Shown piece after piece: positions 1 to 12,000 of a stretch of DNA of 64,000 nucleotides. Numbering within the stretch: the first letter of the stretch is position 1; each line of letters begins with the position of its first letter. The translations under genes and the position numbers were made by a program. The notes beneath the pieces are model-generated. The model did no database searches. It had not been told where the DNA came from and was given only the letters and a program-made list of their open reading frames with translations. Source of the stretch: Clostridiales bacterium (GTDB taxonomy: Bacteria; Bacillota; Clostridia; Christensenellales; CAG-138); assembly GCA_012517905.1 (NCBI GenBank), contig JAAYUE010000034.1:6752-70751 (forward strand), in the 5' to 3' direction.

Positions 1-1
1 G

Positions 2-3000
2 TGGTACACGATGGATGCCGAGGGGAACGCGACGTCCGCCGGCAGCGTGGACGTGTCCGCCTATTCGCCCGTCTACCTTGGCAAGACCGTCGAGGCGGAC
101 AAGGAAACCGGCGATGTGGACGGCATGGACGAGGATACCTATGAGGACACCGTGGCGGATACGACGCCGAGCTCCTCCTCGTTCCAGTCCGCCAGCAAGG
201 ACGGCACCTCCGCGATCGTACAGTCCGGCTCCGCGCTGGTTGCGGGCGTGGACATCAACGTGCTCGCGGGCGACGTGCTGAATGCAAACCTCATCGGCGG
301 CACGCTGGCCATCGGCGGCACCGCGGGCGTGGGCGTCGGCCTCGCCGTCATGGTGCTCTTCTCCGATGTGTACGCGACCGTCAAGGACGGATCGACGCTT
401 TCGGCCGGCGGAGACGTGAACATTACCGCCATCAGCGGTTCGAACGTCAAGCCGGTGCTCAATAATGTCGATACGCTGACCGATTCGGACGGCGTCAAAT
501 ACATCCACTACAAGGGCGCGGACGGCAACGACTACTACATCAGCCAGGACAACGGAAAGCTCTATACGATCAGCGGCGGCACGGCGACGGAGTCGAGCTA
601 CGACGGCGAGCTGACGCTCGTGACCACCGGCGACGAAGGCGACGCGCGCGGCGAGCAGGCTTCCCTGATCAACGAAATCGCAAACAGCAAGACCAATGCC
701 GGCGGCAGCAGCACGATCCGCCTCATCGGCGTGACCGCGGCGGGCGGCACGGTCGGCGTGGCGGTTACGCTCGGCGCGCTGTTCGTGTTCAGCAACGTCG
801 AAGCCATGCTGGAAGGCGACGTGCTCGACGCGGATGCGGTCAACGTAGACGCCGAGATGAACTACGGCGAAGTGCTCACGGTCACGGTCGGCATCGGCGC
901 GGGCGCGGTCGGCGTGAGCGTATCGGCGGGCCTTGCGTTCTTCCTCGGCACGGTGACCTCCGCCATTGCGGGCGACGCGAAGATCGGCTCTGCCGGCAAC
1001 AGCGTCGGCAGCGTGAATGTCACGTCCTTTGGCACCACGAAGGCGCGCACCGCGGCAGCGGGCATCGCGGCGGGCGCCGTGGGCGTCGGCGTGAATATCG
1101 CGCTGGCCGTCAACGTCACCAAGATTCGCACCTATATCGGACAGGGCGTCACGGTCTACAGCGTGGGCGCCGTCGCCGTCGATTCGCAATTTGACACGCA
1201 TGCTGAGGGATACATCCTCTCGATCGCGGCGGGCGCCGTGGGCGTCGGCGTTTCGGTGGTCATCGTCGTGGCCTATGCCGAGAGCCTCGCCTATATCGGA
1301 CGCACGCCGGACGGGTACCTTGCGGATACGAAAGCCTCCGCGAGCACAATCGGCGCGATCCACGCGGGCAGCGTGCGCGTGAAAAACGAGCTCTTTGCCG
1401 AGGTGTTCATCGTAGGCTTCAGCCTTGCGGCGGGCGGCGTCGCGGTCAACGGCCTCGTCACGCTCGGTTTTAACTATGCAACCGCGCTCGCGGCGATCAA
1501 CCGCATCAACGTCTATACCCCCGGCAGCGTGCTTGTGGAGTCCGCGCTGGACGGCGACACGACCATCATCACGACCGCGCTGGTCGGCGGCGGGGTCGCC
1601 GTCGGCGCGACGGTCGCGGTTTCGGTGCTCGCGGCGCAGAATCTGGCGCTGATCGACATCACAAACGTCATGTTCAACGCGGGCAGCGTTGCCGTCAACG
1701 CGGGAAGCGCGGCGAAACCCTTTGACGCGGAGGCGCGGACCGTCGCCGTTACCGGCGCGGCGGGCGGCGTCGCGGTTGCCGTCAACTTCGCCATCGCCAT
1801 CAACATTACGAAGAATTTCGCCCGCTTGCAGGGCACGAACGGGACGCTGGATATCACCGGCGCGCTCGCGGTCCTCGCGGTTGGCAACACGCGCGCCTAC
1901 GCCGTGATTGCAAACGTCGCGGTCGGCGGCGTTGCGGCGAATGTTTCGCTCGCCATCGCGGTGATCCGCAGCGAGCAGGAAGCCGTCGTCAATCTCCCGT
2001 CCGGCACGGCCACGGCGGGCACGGTCACCGTGACCTCCGAGCAGAACACGACGAACGACATCACTGGCGGCGCGTTCGGCTCCTTTACGCTGACGGATAC
2101 CGGCACGGACGATCGCAGCATTCTCTTCCACTCCATGGCGTGCGCGTTCATCTTCTCCGCGTCGGCGGGGTGTGTCTCCATCAACGCGAATATGGCAATC
2201 GCCGTTGCGGACGCGAAGGGCACGGCGCTGCTCGACGCGGCGCATTTCACGAGCGGCGCGATCTCGGTCGTCAGCAACGGTTCCTCCATCGCAAACATCG
2301 TCGTCGATAATTTGACCATCGCCGCGATCTCCGTTGGCGTGATGGTCGGCTCCGCCACCGCGGCGGGCGAGTTTACCGCCGCCGTCGTCAGCCGGGGCGG
2401 CATCGTCCCTGCCGGCGATCTGACCATTCGCACCGACTACAACAGCATCGCGAACGCCGAAATCGTACCGGCGGCTGCCGGCGTCAGCCTGGGGCTTGCC
2501 AGCATCGGCGTGAACCTTGCGCTCTCCGTCGCCTGTACCAAGGCGTACGCCTACCTCTCCGGCGACGGCATTTCCAGCACGATGAATGCAGACGAAGTGA
2601 CCGTATCGGCGATCGGCCTCGTCCAGGCAGATTCCTCCGTCGGCGCGCCGTACTTCACGATCGCGCTGGTCACGGTGACGGCGAACTTCGCCACCGCCAT
2701 CCTGAGCGCGGAGCAGAACGCGTCGATTGAGAACATCAGCCTCACGGCGGGCGGGGACGTGACCGTCGAATCGAAGTTTAATCTCAATGGTGAAGGCGCG
2801 GAAGCGACCCTCGGCAAGAATAAAAACCTCGTCACGCAGGTGCTCGGCGACGGGGATGCGCCGACCATCAGCGTTACGCTCGCGCTGTACTGCGTCAACG
2901 CCAACACGGCCGTCGCGACGAGCGACGTCACGAGCCGCGCGTTTATCTCCGGCGCCGCGCTGGACACCAGCGGCGCGCTGAACGTGACCGCGGCCGGCAA

Positions 3001-6000
3001 CGCGCTGGCAAACGCCAACGTAACGACCACCTCGGCGGTCGGCTATATCGCCGTCGGCGTGACGACGACGTTCGCCTACGCCAACGGCACGTTTGAAGCG
3101 TACATCGCAAGCGCGAGCGGCGCGGATATCGAGGCTTCCTCCATCGAGGTTTCCAATACCTATACGGCCAACGCGCAGGCGGTCACCATGCAGCCCAACG
3201 CCGGCGTCGGGTTCACCATCGCGCTCGGCGCGTTCAGCTCCAACATCGCCACGGCAATCGTGGGGACGATCGCAAAGGTATATATCAGCGGCAGCGGCAA
3301 CGTGACTTCGACCGGATCGATCGATATCCTGGTGGACGGCCTGGCGCACGCGATCGCCTCCAACGAAAAGCCGCTGTTCCAGCTGACAGCCGTCAGCATC
3401 GCGGCGAATATTCTCACGGCGACGCTCGCGGCGGGACAGTCCGCCTATGTCAGCGGCGCGAACGTGACGGCAAGCAGCCTGAGCGTCAACGCCCGCTTCA
3501 ACGACGACCGGCTGATCGGCTATCAGGTCGGCGACGCAGGCATGTTCATCGATACGATTCACGACAGCGGCGTTCTCGTGGGCACGGTGACCGTCGGTGG
3601 ACTCGATTATACGGTTTATAACTTCAACGACCGCGACTACTACGTCCGCGGCGGCGAGGTGTTCGTGCGTCCGGGCGCGATTGCGAGCCTCGGCGGCAAC
3701 GGCGCGACGGGCAGCGGCACCACCAGCGTCTCGCTCGTCTCCGTCAACGTGGATACGGCGGTCGCGACCGCCGATACGTCCAGCATGGCGTATCTCTCTG
3801 GCGGCAACATCACGATCACAAACGACCTCGTCGTGCGGAGCGTGGCTCGCTCGCTCGCGGAGGCGCTGATTACGAACGATTCGTTCAGCATGGGCCTCGT
3901 GGGCATGGGCATGGCGCTCATGTATGCCAACGCCGACGGCGACTATCGCTCCTATATCAAGGGCGGCTCGGTGCGCGCGCGCGGCGTGCTCGTCGAGACG
4001 CGCTACTATACCAACGCGCGGGCAAAGACCACGCAGCCTTCCAACGGCGCGGCGGTCACCGGCATTTCGGTTGAGACGAATATCGCAACGGCGATCTCCG
4101 GAACGGAAGCTTCGGCACAGCTCTCCGGCAGCGGCGAAATCACCGCGACCGGCATGCTGAGCCAGTGTTCGCTGGACAGCGAGGATCCTGATTCACCTTC
4201 GGCAAGCTCCATCGTCGTTCGTGTGATCGGCAGCGGGCATGCGGACGCGGGCGTCGCCATGCCGCTCGTGAGCGTCAGCGCGATCAGCATCGCGGCAAAC
4301 GTGCTGACCGCGCAGATGAGCGCTTCGCAGGCGGCGACCATCGACGGCGCAAGCGTCAAGGGCGGCTCGATCCTGGTCACCTCCACATTCAACCAAAACG
4401 ATGCTTCGCCCGCGGCGACGGCGATCCTCGGCGGCAATCTGAGCGGCGAAGGCATCTCCTTCTCGCTCATCAACGCGTCCGTCAACAGCGCGGTCGCGCT
4501 GAGCAACGTCGCAAGCCGCGTCTACATCAGCGGCGGCTCGATTTCCGGCCCGACGGCGGGCAGCAGAGCGATTTTGAGCGCGTTCAGCGGCGGCAACTCC
4601 GTGGCGTACGCGAATATCGCGCAGAATTCCAGCGTCGGCCTTGCGTCGATCGGCCTCAACCTGCTCTACGCCTACGCGGACGGCACGTTCGAAGCGCTCG
4701 CGGGCGGAAACATGGAGCTTGTGAGCCTCGACGTCGGCGTCGAATACACCTCCCGCGCCATCGCGTACACCGGCGCTTCCAGCTTCTCCGGCAATCTTGC
4801 GAGCCTGGACGTCAACGTCGCCATCGCCGACAGCGGCACGGTTGCGACGGCGGGCGTGATCGGCGGGTTCCTCTACGAGGTTTACACCGACGGCGTCAGC
4901 AACTATTACACGAAAGACGACGGAGCTACGTTTGTCGACGCCGCGCTGAACCCCGTAACAAACGCGGCGATCCTGAGTAGCCTCACGCCCGTGATGGCGC
5001 AAAAGACCGTCACCACCGCGCGTGAAGAGCTGACAAACGCCACCTACGACGAATACCGCAAACCCACCGCCTACCTCTACACGCCGGACGACGGCAAGAC
5101 CTGGTATACCTACGGCGGCGGCGTGCTCACGCCGTACTATGGCGGCACGCGCGGCTATGAGCAGTCCACGGCGGGCGACGAGGCGAACACCGCGATTACG
5201 CAGACGATCGGCTCGGTCAGTTATCTGCGGTATGAGCTGGACGACGCTTGCCTCTATACGCCGGACAACGGACAGACCTGGTACACCTATCAGGATGCGG
5301 CGCTGACGCCGTATTCCGGCAGCACGGCGGGCTATGTCGCCGGCGATGAGGGCGTTACGCTCACGCTCGCAAACGAGAGCGAAGGCGAAAAGGTATACGC
5401 CGTCTACGAAAAGGCGGGCGAACTGGAAAAGACCGACCGCATCACGCTGGAAGCGCTGGCGCGGGCCGATTCGACCAGCCTCGTCATTGGCGGCAAGACC
5501 TATCAGGTCTATCAATACGGCGGCAGCACCTACTATGTGCTGGACGACGCGATCTATCTGCTCGGAGACACGCAGTATCTCTACAAAAACAGTGGGATCT
5601 ATTATCAGCTCGTCAACGGGCGCATGGAGCAGGTTGACGACGCGAGCGGCTTCCTCCCCGTGATGGAGCGCGTGAGCGCGCGCTTTGGCGGCACGATCAA
5701 CGTCACCGGGGACATCGACGTGACGGCCGTCGGCACGGGCGACGCGATTGCGGGCGTGCAGGCGCCTTTGATCAGCCTCGCGCTGATCGACATCGCCGCG
5801 AACGTCGTGTATGCGTCCCTCTCCGGTGTGCAGGAAGCGTATATGCAGGATGCGGACGTAACGGTCAGTCTCCTGAGCGAAATCAACATCCTCTCCGAAT
5901 ACAATAAGATTGTTTCGGGCGATCCGGAACATGGCGCGTTTGCCACAATCGGCAACTCCGACGTGAGCGCCTCGCTCGTGAGCGTGGTCGCCAACAGCGC

Positions 6001-9000
6001 GGTCGCCACCAGCGACACCAAGGTGCGCGCCTATACGCGCGGCGTGTCCGTGATCGGTTATCACGGCGTGCTGAACGTCAGCGCCGCGGGCTCCTCGCTG
6101 GCGAACGCAACCGTGGAAAGCGGCAGCAGCGTCAGCTATGTGGGCGTCGGCCTCGTGGTGCTGTTTGCCTACGCAAAGGGTACGTTCGAAGCCTTCATCG
6201 ACACCAACGGCTACAACACCGCGGGCACTGTCACCGGAACCTCCGCGGTTCGTGCCTATTCCATCACGGTGGCAACGAACTATACGGCGCGCGCAGGCGC
6301 GGTGGTCTCCGCGCCGAACGGCGGCGTGAACGCCGGCGTATACGGCTTTAACGTCAATCCCGGCGTCGCGATCGTCACCACGAACGCGCTTGCGGGCATC
6401 CTCGGCGGCGGCATCGTCGGGTCCGTTGCTACGCAGGATATGACGGTGACCGCGACGGGAGACACGAACGCCACGGCGCGGGTGGAAACCCCGACGCTGG
6501 ACGTGCACGCCGTGTCCATCGCGGCGAACGTGCTTGTTGCGATTCTGCGTTCGAGCCAGCTTGCGCTCGTTTCGGATGTAACCATCGAACAGGCGAAGTC
6601 CCTCAGCGTAGTCTCCTATCTGAACATCCTCGACGACGCCAGCAATCCCGGCGCAAGCGCCTATCTCGGCGGCACGGGGAACGGGACGTCGATCAGTCTC
6701 CTGAGCGCGAGCGCCAGCGTCGCAATTGCGAAGAACGACGCACGCGGGCTCGCCAGAACGCAGAACATCACGATCGGCTCGAGCGGAAATCCCGCGTCGC
6801 TGACGGTCTACAGCGTCGGCCGCGCGTACGCGAAGGCGGACATCATCCAGCCGAGCGGCGTCGGCCTGATTTCGCTGTCCCTCAACGTGCTCTACGCCTA
6901 CGCAAACGGCACATTTGAAGCGCTGGCGGGCTTCGGCTCCGGCGGCTCGTATCTGAATCAGCTCTCCACAACCGCGGATTACGCGGCGTATGCGGAGGCG
7001 TTCACCGGCTCCGGCCCGGTGAATGTGGGCGCTGCGAGCTTTGCGGCCAACGTCGCCTACGCCGAGACCGGCACAATCGTAAACGTCGGCCTCATCGGCG
7101 GCACGCTCCACTACGTCGGCACAGCGGATCTTTCGCTCTCCGCGGACGGCTCGGGTAAGGCGTATGCGGGCGTGCGCGCGGCGGAGGTCTCCCTCCACGG
7201 CATCGAGGTTGCGGCAAACGTCGTCATCGCGAAGCTGACCGCGGAGCAGAACGTATTTATCCTCGATACCGACCTGACGACCAGCGGAAACGTCAGCGTG
7301 ACATCCATCTATAACAAGAACAGCAACAACACGGCGAGCACCCCCTGCGGCGCCGTCGCGGCGATCACGAGCCCGGATGTGGATGCTTCGCTCGTCGGCC
7401 TGCAGATCAGCTCCGCCACGGCGATTACGGACGCAAAAGTGCGCGCCTACACGCGCGCGTCCTCGATCGCGGCGAACCAGCTGACGATCCGGGCGTCCGG
7501 CAAGTCCATCGCGGTGCCGACCTACACGCTCGGAACAAAGCTCGGCGCGGTGCTGATCGGCGTGGTCACCCTGTACGGCGACAGCGCGGGACTCTTTGAA
7601 GCCTACGCGGACGTGAGCAACAATAAGACCATCACGGTCAACAGTCTCGATATCGACACGGACTACACCGCCTCCTCCGACGTCACCCTTGCGGTGCCGG
7701 AAGGCGGCGTGCAGGCGGCGCTCGTCAGCGGAACGACGAACTTTGGCTATGCGCATGTGACGACGAAGTCCAACGCCGGCGTACAGGGGAACGGCACCAT
7801 CGTTGCCGCGCTGGTCGACGTGCTGGCAAAGGGCGTCGCGACCGCGTTTGCAACCGTGCAGACGCCGAGCGCTTCGCTCACCGCCATCAACGTGACCGCA
7901 AACGTCATCATCGCGGCGGCGGAGGCGGTACAGGAAGCGTTCCTGCGCGATGCGACGTTCCGCTGCGGCAGCGTCAGCGTGGTTTCGAAGATCAACGAAA
8001 CCAACACGGAAGCGAGCCCCGCCGCGAAGGCGACGCTCGGCGGCACGGGCAGCGGCGTTTCGCTGAGTCTGTACAGCGCGTCGGCGAGCTCCGCCACCGC
8101 GACGAATAACGTCGTGGGCCGCGCGGTCGTCGAGAACATCACGATTCCGCAGGGCACGACCGGCAACACGCTGACGGTGCAGAGCTACGGCAACTCCTAC
8201 GCGCTCGCCGACATCGTGCAGGCAAGCGGCGTCGGCCTCGCGACGCTGACGGTCAACGAAGTTTACGCCAACGCAAACGGCAGATTTGAGGCGCTCCTTG
8301 GCGTCAACGACGTCTATGTGGAGACGCTGAACCTGCTCGTGAGCTATAACGCGAAGTCCGTCGCGCACACCGGCACGGGCAGCAACAGCATTCAGATTTC
8401 CGTCGAAAAGGTGACCTCCAACGTCGCAATCGCGCAGACGAACGTGATTGCGAGCGCGGGCCTTACGGGCGGCAATACCTACGAAGTTTACAAAAACGGC
8501 GCGAGCTATCTGTACAAGCTGCCTGGAAGCAGCGCGTGGTACGCGCTTGACGGCAACCAGATGACGCTCTACACGGGCACGGTCAACGCGTCGCAGTATG
8601 TGAAGACCGGCACCACCGTCCGCACGGGCGGCACGATCCACTTCACCGGCGCAAGCGCAAATCGCACGGTTTCCGTGCTCGGCAATGTCTACGCGCTGGC
8701 AGGGGAGACCGCGCCGTTGGTCGACCTTGGCGCAATTTCCATCGCGGCGAGCGAGATTACCGCGGAACTCAACAGCGTGCAGAACGCCTTTGTGGAGAAT
8801 CTGACCATCGATCTGCCGAACGCAAACGGCACATTTACCGTGAAATCCATCCTTAATATGGACGACGGCGTCCTCAACGACTATTCCCACGCCGGAAAAG
8901 GCGGAGCGACGGCGTATGTCGGCGCGTCCGACGTCAGCGTCCAGCTGCTCGGCGTCGATATCAGCAGCGCCACGGCGTTCGCGAACGCCGCCAGTAACGC

Positions 9001-12000
9001 GTATATCGCGGGCACCGTGATCAACAGGGGCAACATCAGCGTGCTCTCGCAGGGCGCATCGATTGCGGACGCGACCATCGGTACCGGCTCCAGCGCGGAG
9101 TTCATCGGCGTGGGGGTCGCGCAGGTGGAGGCGCAAGCCGGCGGCTTCTTCCGCGCGTATATCGATACCGACGTGCGCGACAGCGAAGGCAATACGCTCG
9201 ACAGCGTCGTCATGACGCCGGCGGACGTGCAGGTGAACGTGTTCTATTATGCGGCGGCGCGCGCGAGCGTGGCGAGCCCTGACGGCGGCGTTACGTTGTC
9301 CGGCAGCGCGTTTTCTAAGGAAGTCAACACAGCGCACAGCAAAGTGACGACGGAAGCGAGCGCCGCGATTAAGGGCAGCGGCGCCATCGGCACCTCTTCT
9401 GCGCGCGCAGGAAATATTACCCTCAAGGTGCAGGGCTATACGCTGGCGCTCGCGGGTGTCGCGGCTTCCAATATCAATTTCTCGGTCGTGGAGATCGTGG
9501 CAAATCAGCTGACCGCCGAACTCGATTCGGTCCAGCAGGCATATGTGGCGGATACGACGATCTATGCATCCGCGCTGACCATCTCCTCCGTACTCAACGA
9601 CCATACTTACCTGATCGATACGTTATGGTTTACCCTGACCAAGACAGTCGGCGAATACACGCGCTACGGCGGCGCATACGCGATTCACGCCGGAAACGGC
9701 GTCAACGTTACGCTCGTCAGCGCCGGTGTCAACGAGGCAACCGCAACGAGCAACGCGAAGGGCTATGCTTATACCGACAGCGCAATCACCGACCTGACCG
9801 GCACGCTGAGCGTGACGAGCACGGGCTTCTCCACGGCGCTCGCGAAGAACGACGAGGGCGTTTCGTTCAGTGCGGTCGCCGTCGGCGCTGCGACGATGAC
9901 AGCCACGGCAAGCGGCGAGTTTAAGGCGTATGTCAAGAGCGGCAAAGGCAACCGCACCGCCGCGAAGAATATCGTGATTTCGACGACCTACGGCGCGGAC
10001 GCGACCGCCAGAACCGCGCAGTCGGGCACGAAGGTTTCGGCTGCGACCGTGAGCGTCAACACGGCGTCTTCGGATGTGACGACGGTGGCCTTTGCGGGGC
10101 TCGACGGAGACGGAACCGGCACGGTGGATGCCACGGGGGACGCCGATACAGACGGGATAACGATCACCGTCACGGGCAACGTCGATTCCTCGGCGTCCGT
10201 GGCGGCTACCACCATCGTAGCGCTCTTCGACTGCGCGCTGAATCAGCTGTCGGCTTCTCTGACCTCCGCGCAGAGCGCGGCGATACTGAACACCGCCGTC
10301 GGCAAGGCCAAGACGATCCGCATCAACAGCTATCTCAACGTGGTACCGGCGCAGGCCGACGCGGGCGTCATCGATAACACGGGCTACGGCACGGCGAACG
10401 CGACCATGTCCGCAGGCGGCGGCGCATCCGGCATTGGCGTCACCGCGAACATCGCCACGGCGACGAACGACGCAAAGGGCTATGCCTACATCAAGGACGC
10501 GTCCATCGGCAGCGCGAGCGAGCGCGCCCGCATCCTGATCAACAGCTACGGTTGCTCGATTGCGGACGCTCTCGTGAAGCAGGGCAGCACGGTCAGCATC
10601 GTCGGCGCGGGCGTCAACGCGATCTCCTCCAATGCAAGCGGCGTGTTCGACGCATACATCGATACGCCTTATGCAATCTACGCTACTGGCGTGGACGTCA
10701 ACGCGCGCTACACCGCCGCAAGCACAGCGGTGGTCACCGACGGCACCGCGAGCGTTTCGGCGATTTCTATCAAAGTCAACACGGCCTATTCGGATACACA
10801 CTCCGAAAGCAGCGCCTATATCAAGGGCGACGGAAAACTGAACACCACCGACGTGGTCAACGTTGCGAGCACGGGCAATGTCACCTCGCTCGCTTATTAC
10901 CGTACGCCGACGGTGGCGCTCAGCGGCATCTCGATTGCCTACAACGAAATTACCGCAAGCCTGCACTCTGAACAAAGCGCATATATCGACCTTGCGTCGC
11001 TCAACACCAGCGGCAAGGCGGTCAACATCACGTCGAGCTACAATTTGAACAAGAGCCTTTCTTCGCCCTCCGCCTGGGCCTATCTGCAGGACACCGGCGT
11101 GAAGCTGAACCTCGCGGAAGCCAAGGTTCATAAGCTGACTGCGACGGACGAGTCCATCGTCAACGCGTACTACAACGCACGCTACGACGCGACCGGCACG
11201 AACTCCAATATCGGCGCGATGAGCGTGAAGGCCGAAGGCAAGAGCTGCGCGCTGGCCGGCAATAAGGTGACAAACAGCAGCACGACGGTTTCGCTGAGCC
11301 TCTTAAGCTGCGGTTCCATTCAGGCGATTGCGACCGCGAGCGCTTCCTTCAACGCCTTTGCAAGCGCGGACGAAGGAGCAATTGCGACGATGGCGTCCCT
11401 TTCCATCAGCGCGCCGTACACCGTGAACGCGTACGCGTACTTCGCGCCGCCGACATATGGCGTAAACTTCGTCTCCATGGACGTGAACTCCGCCACGGCG
11501 CAGGTCAAGGGCATCTTTAACGGAGATACGTTGGAATATTACAACGCGCAGGTTGGTCTCAGAAGCGGCGTAAACGGCGGTAACGGCACGCTGCATATCG
11601 CCTCCGGCGATGTAACCATCACGGCATCCGGCGTTACGGGGGCCGAGGCGATCATATTCGGCTCGCAGATGGCTGCCAATGTTGCGCATGTCAGCAGCAG
11701 CACGGCGACGGCAACGATGCAGATTGCGCAGCGGGCGAACATCGGCGGCACGCAGCTCGTGATGGACGGCGGCGGCAGCGTGAAGCTGCACGCCGACATC
11801 GGCAGCGCGAGCGCGCCCGTTCTCTCCAACGCGCGCGTCGGTTCCTCCGGCGGCACGAGCCTCAGCCTCGTCGGCGCGGATACGAATAAGGCATATGCCT
11901 ACAGCCGCGTGTACAACGAATCTTCCATCACGGGCGGCGCGATTACGACGACCGGCGCGGTTGAAGTCTTCGCCAATACCAACACGAAAGCGAACACCGA

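Noticed and set aside
15-3869. Many 60-180-aa ORFs in alternative + and - frames over the giant gene (e.g. 15-281, 1897-2433, 2551-3030).
   Set aside because: All are nested in the giant ORF, are Pro/Arg/Ser/Ala-rich, and lack RBS and recognisable motifs. They are frame-shadow artefacts.
4193-9604. 1,803-aa antisense ORF inside the giant gene. The other long minus-strand ORFs behave the same way: 9623-11131, 11303-13828, 15023-19576, 19754-27280, 28502-30322 and 30338-35503.
   Set aside because: The translations are monotonous Arg/Gly/Ala/Asp/Val low-complexity strings with no motifs. Stop-free antisense frames are expected opposite a GC3-rich gene. The + strand product has coherent repeat and coiled-coil structure over the same DNA.
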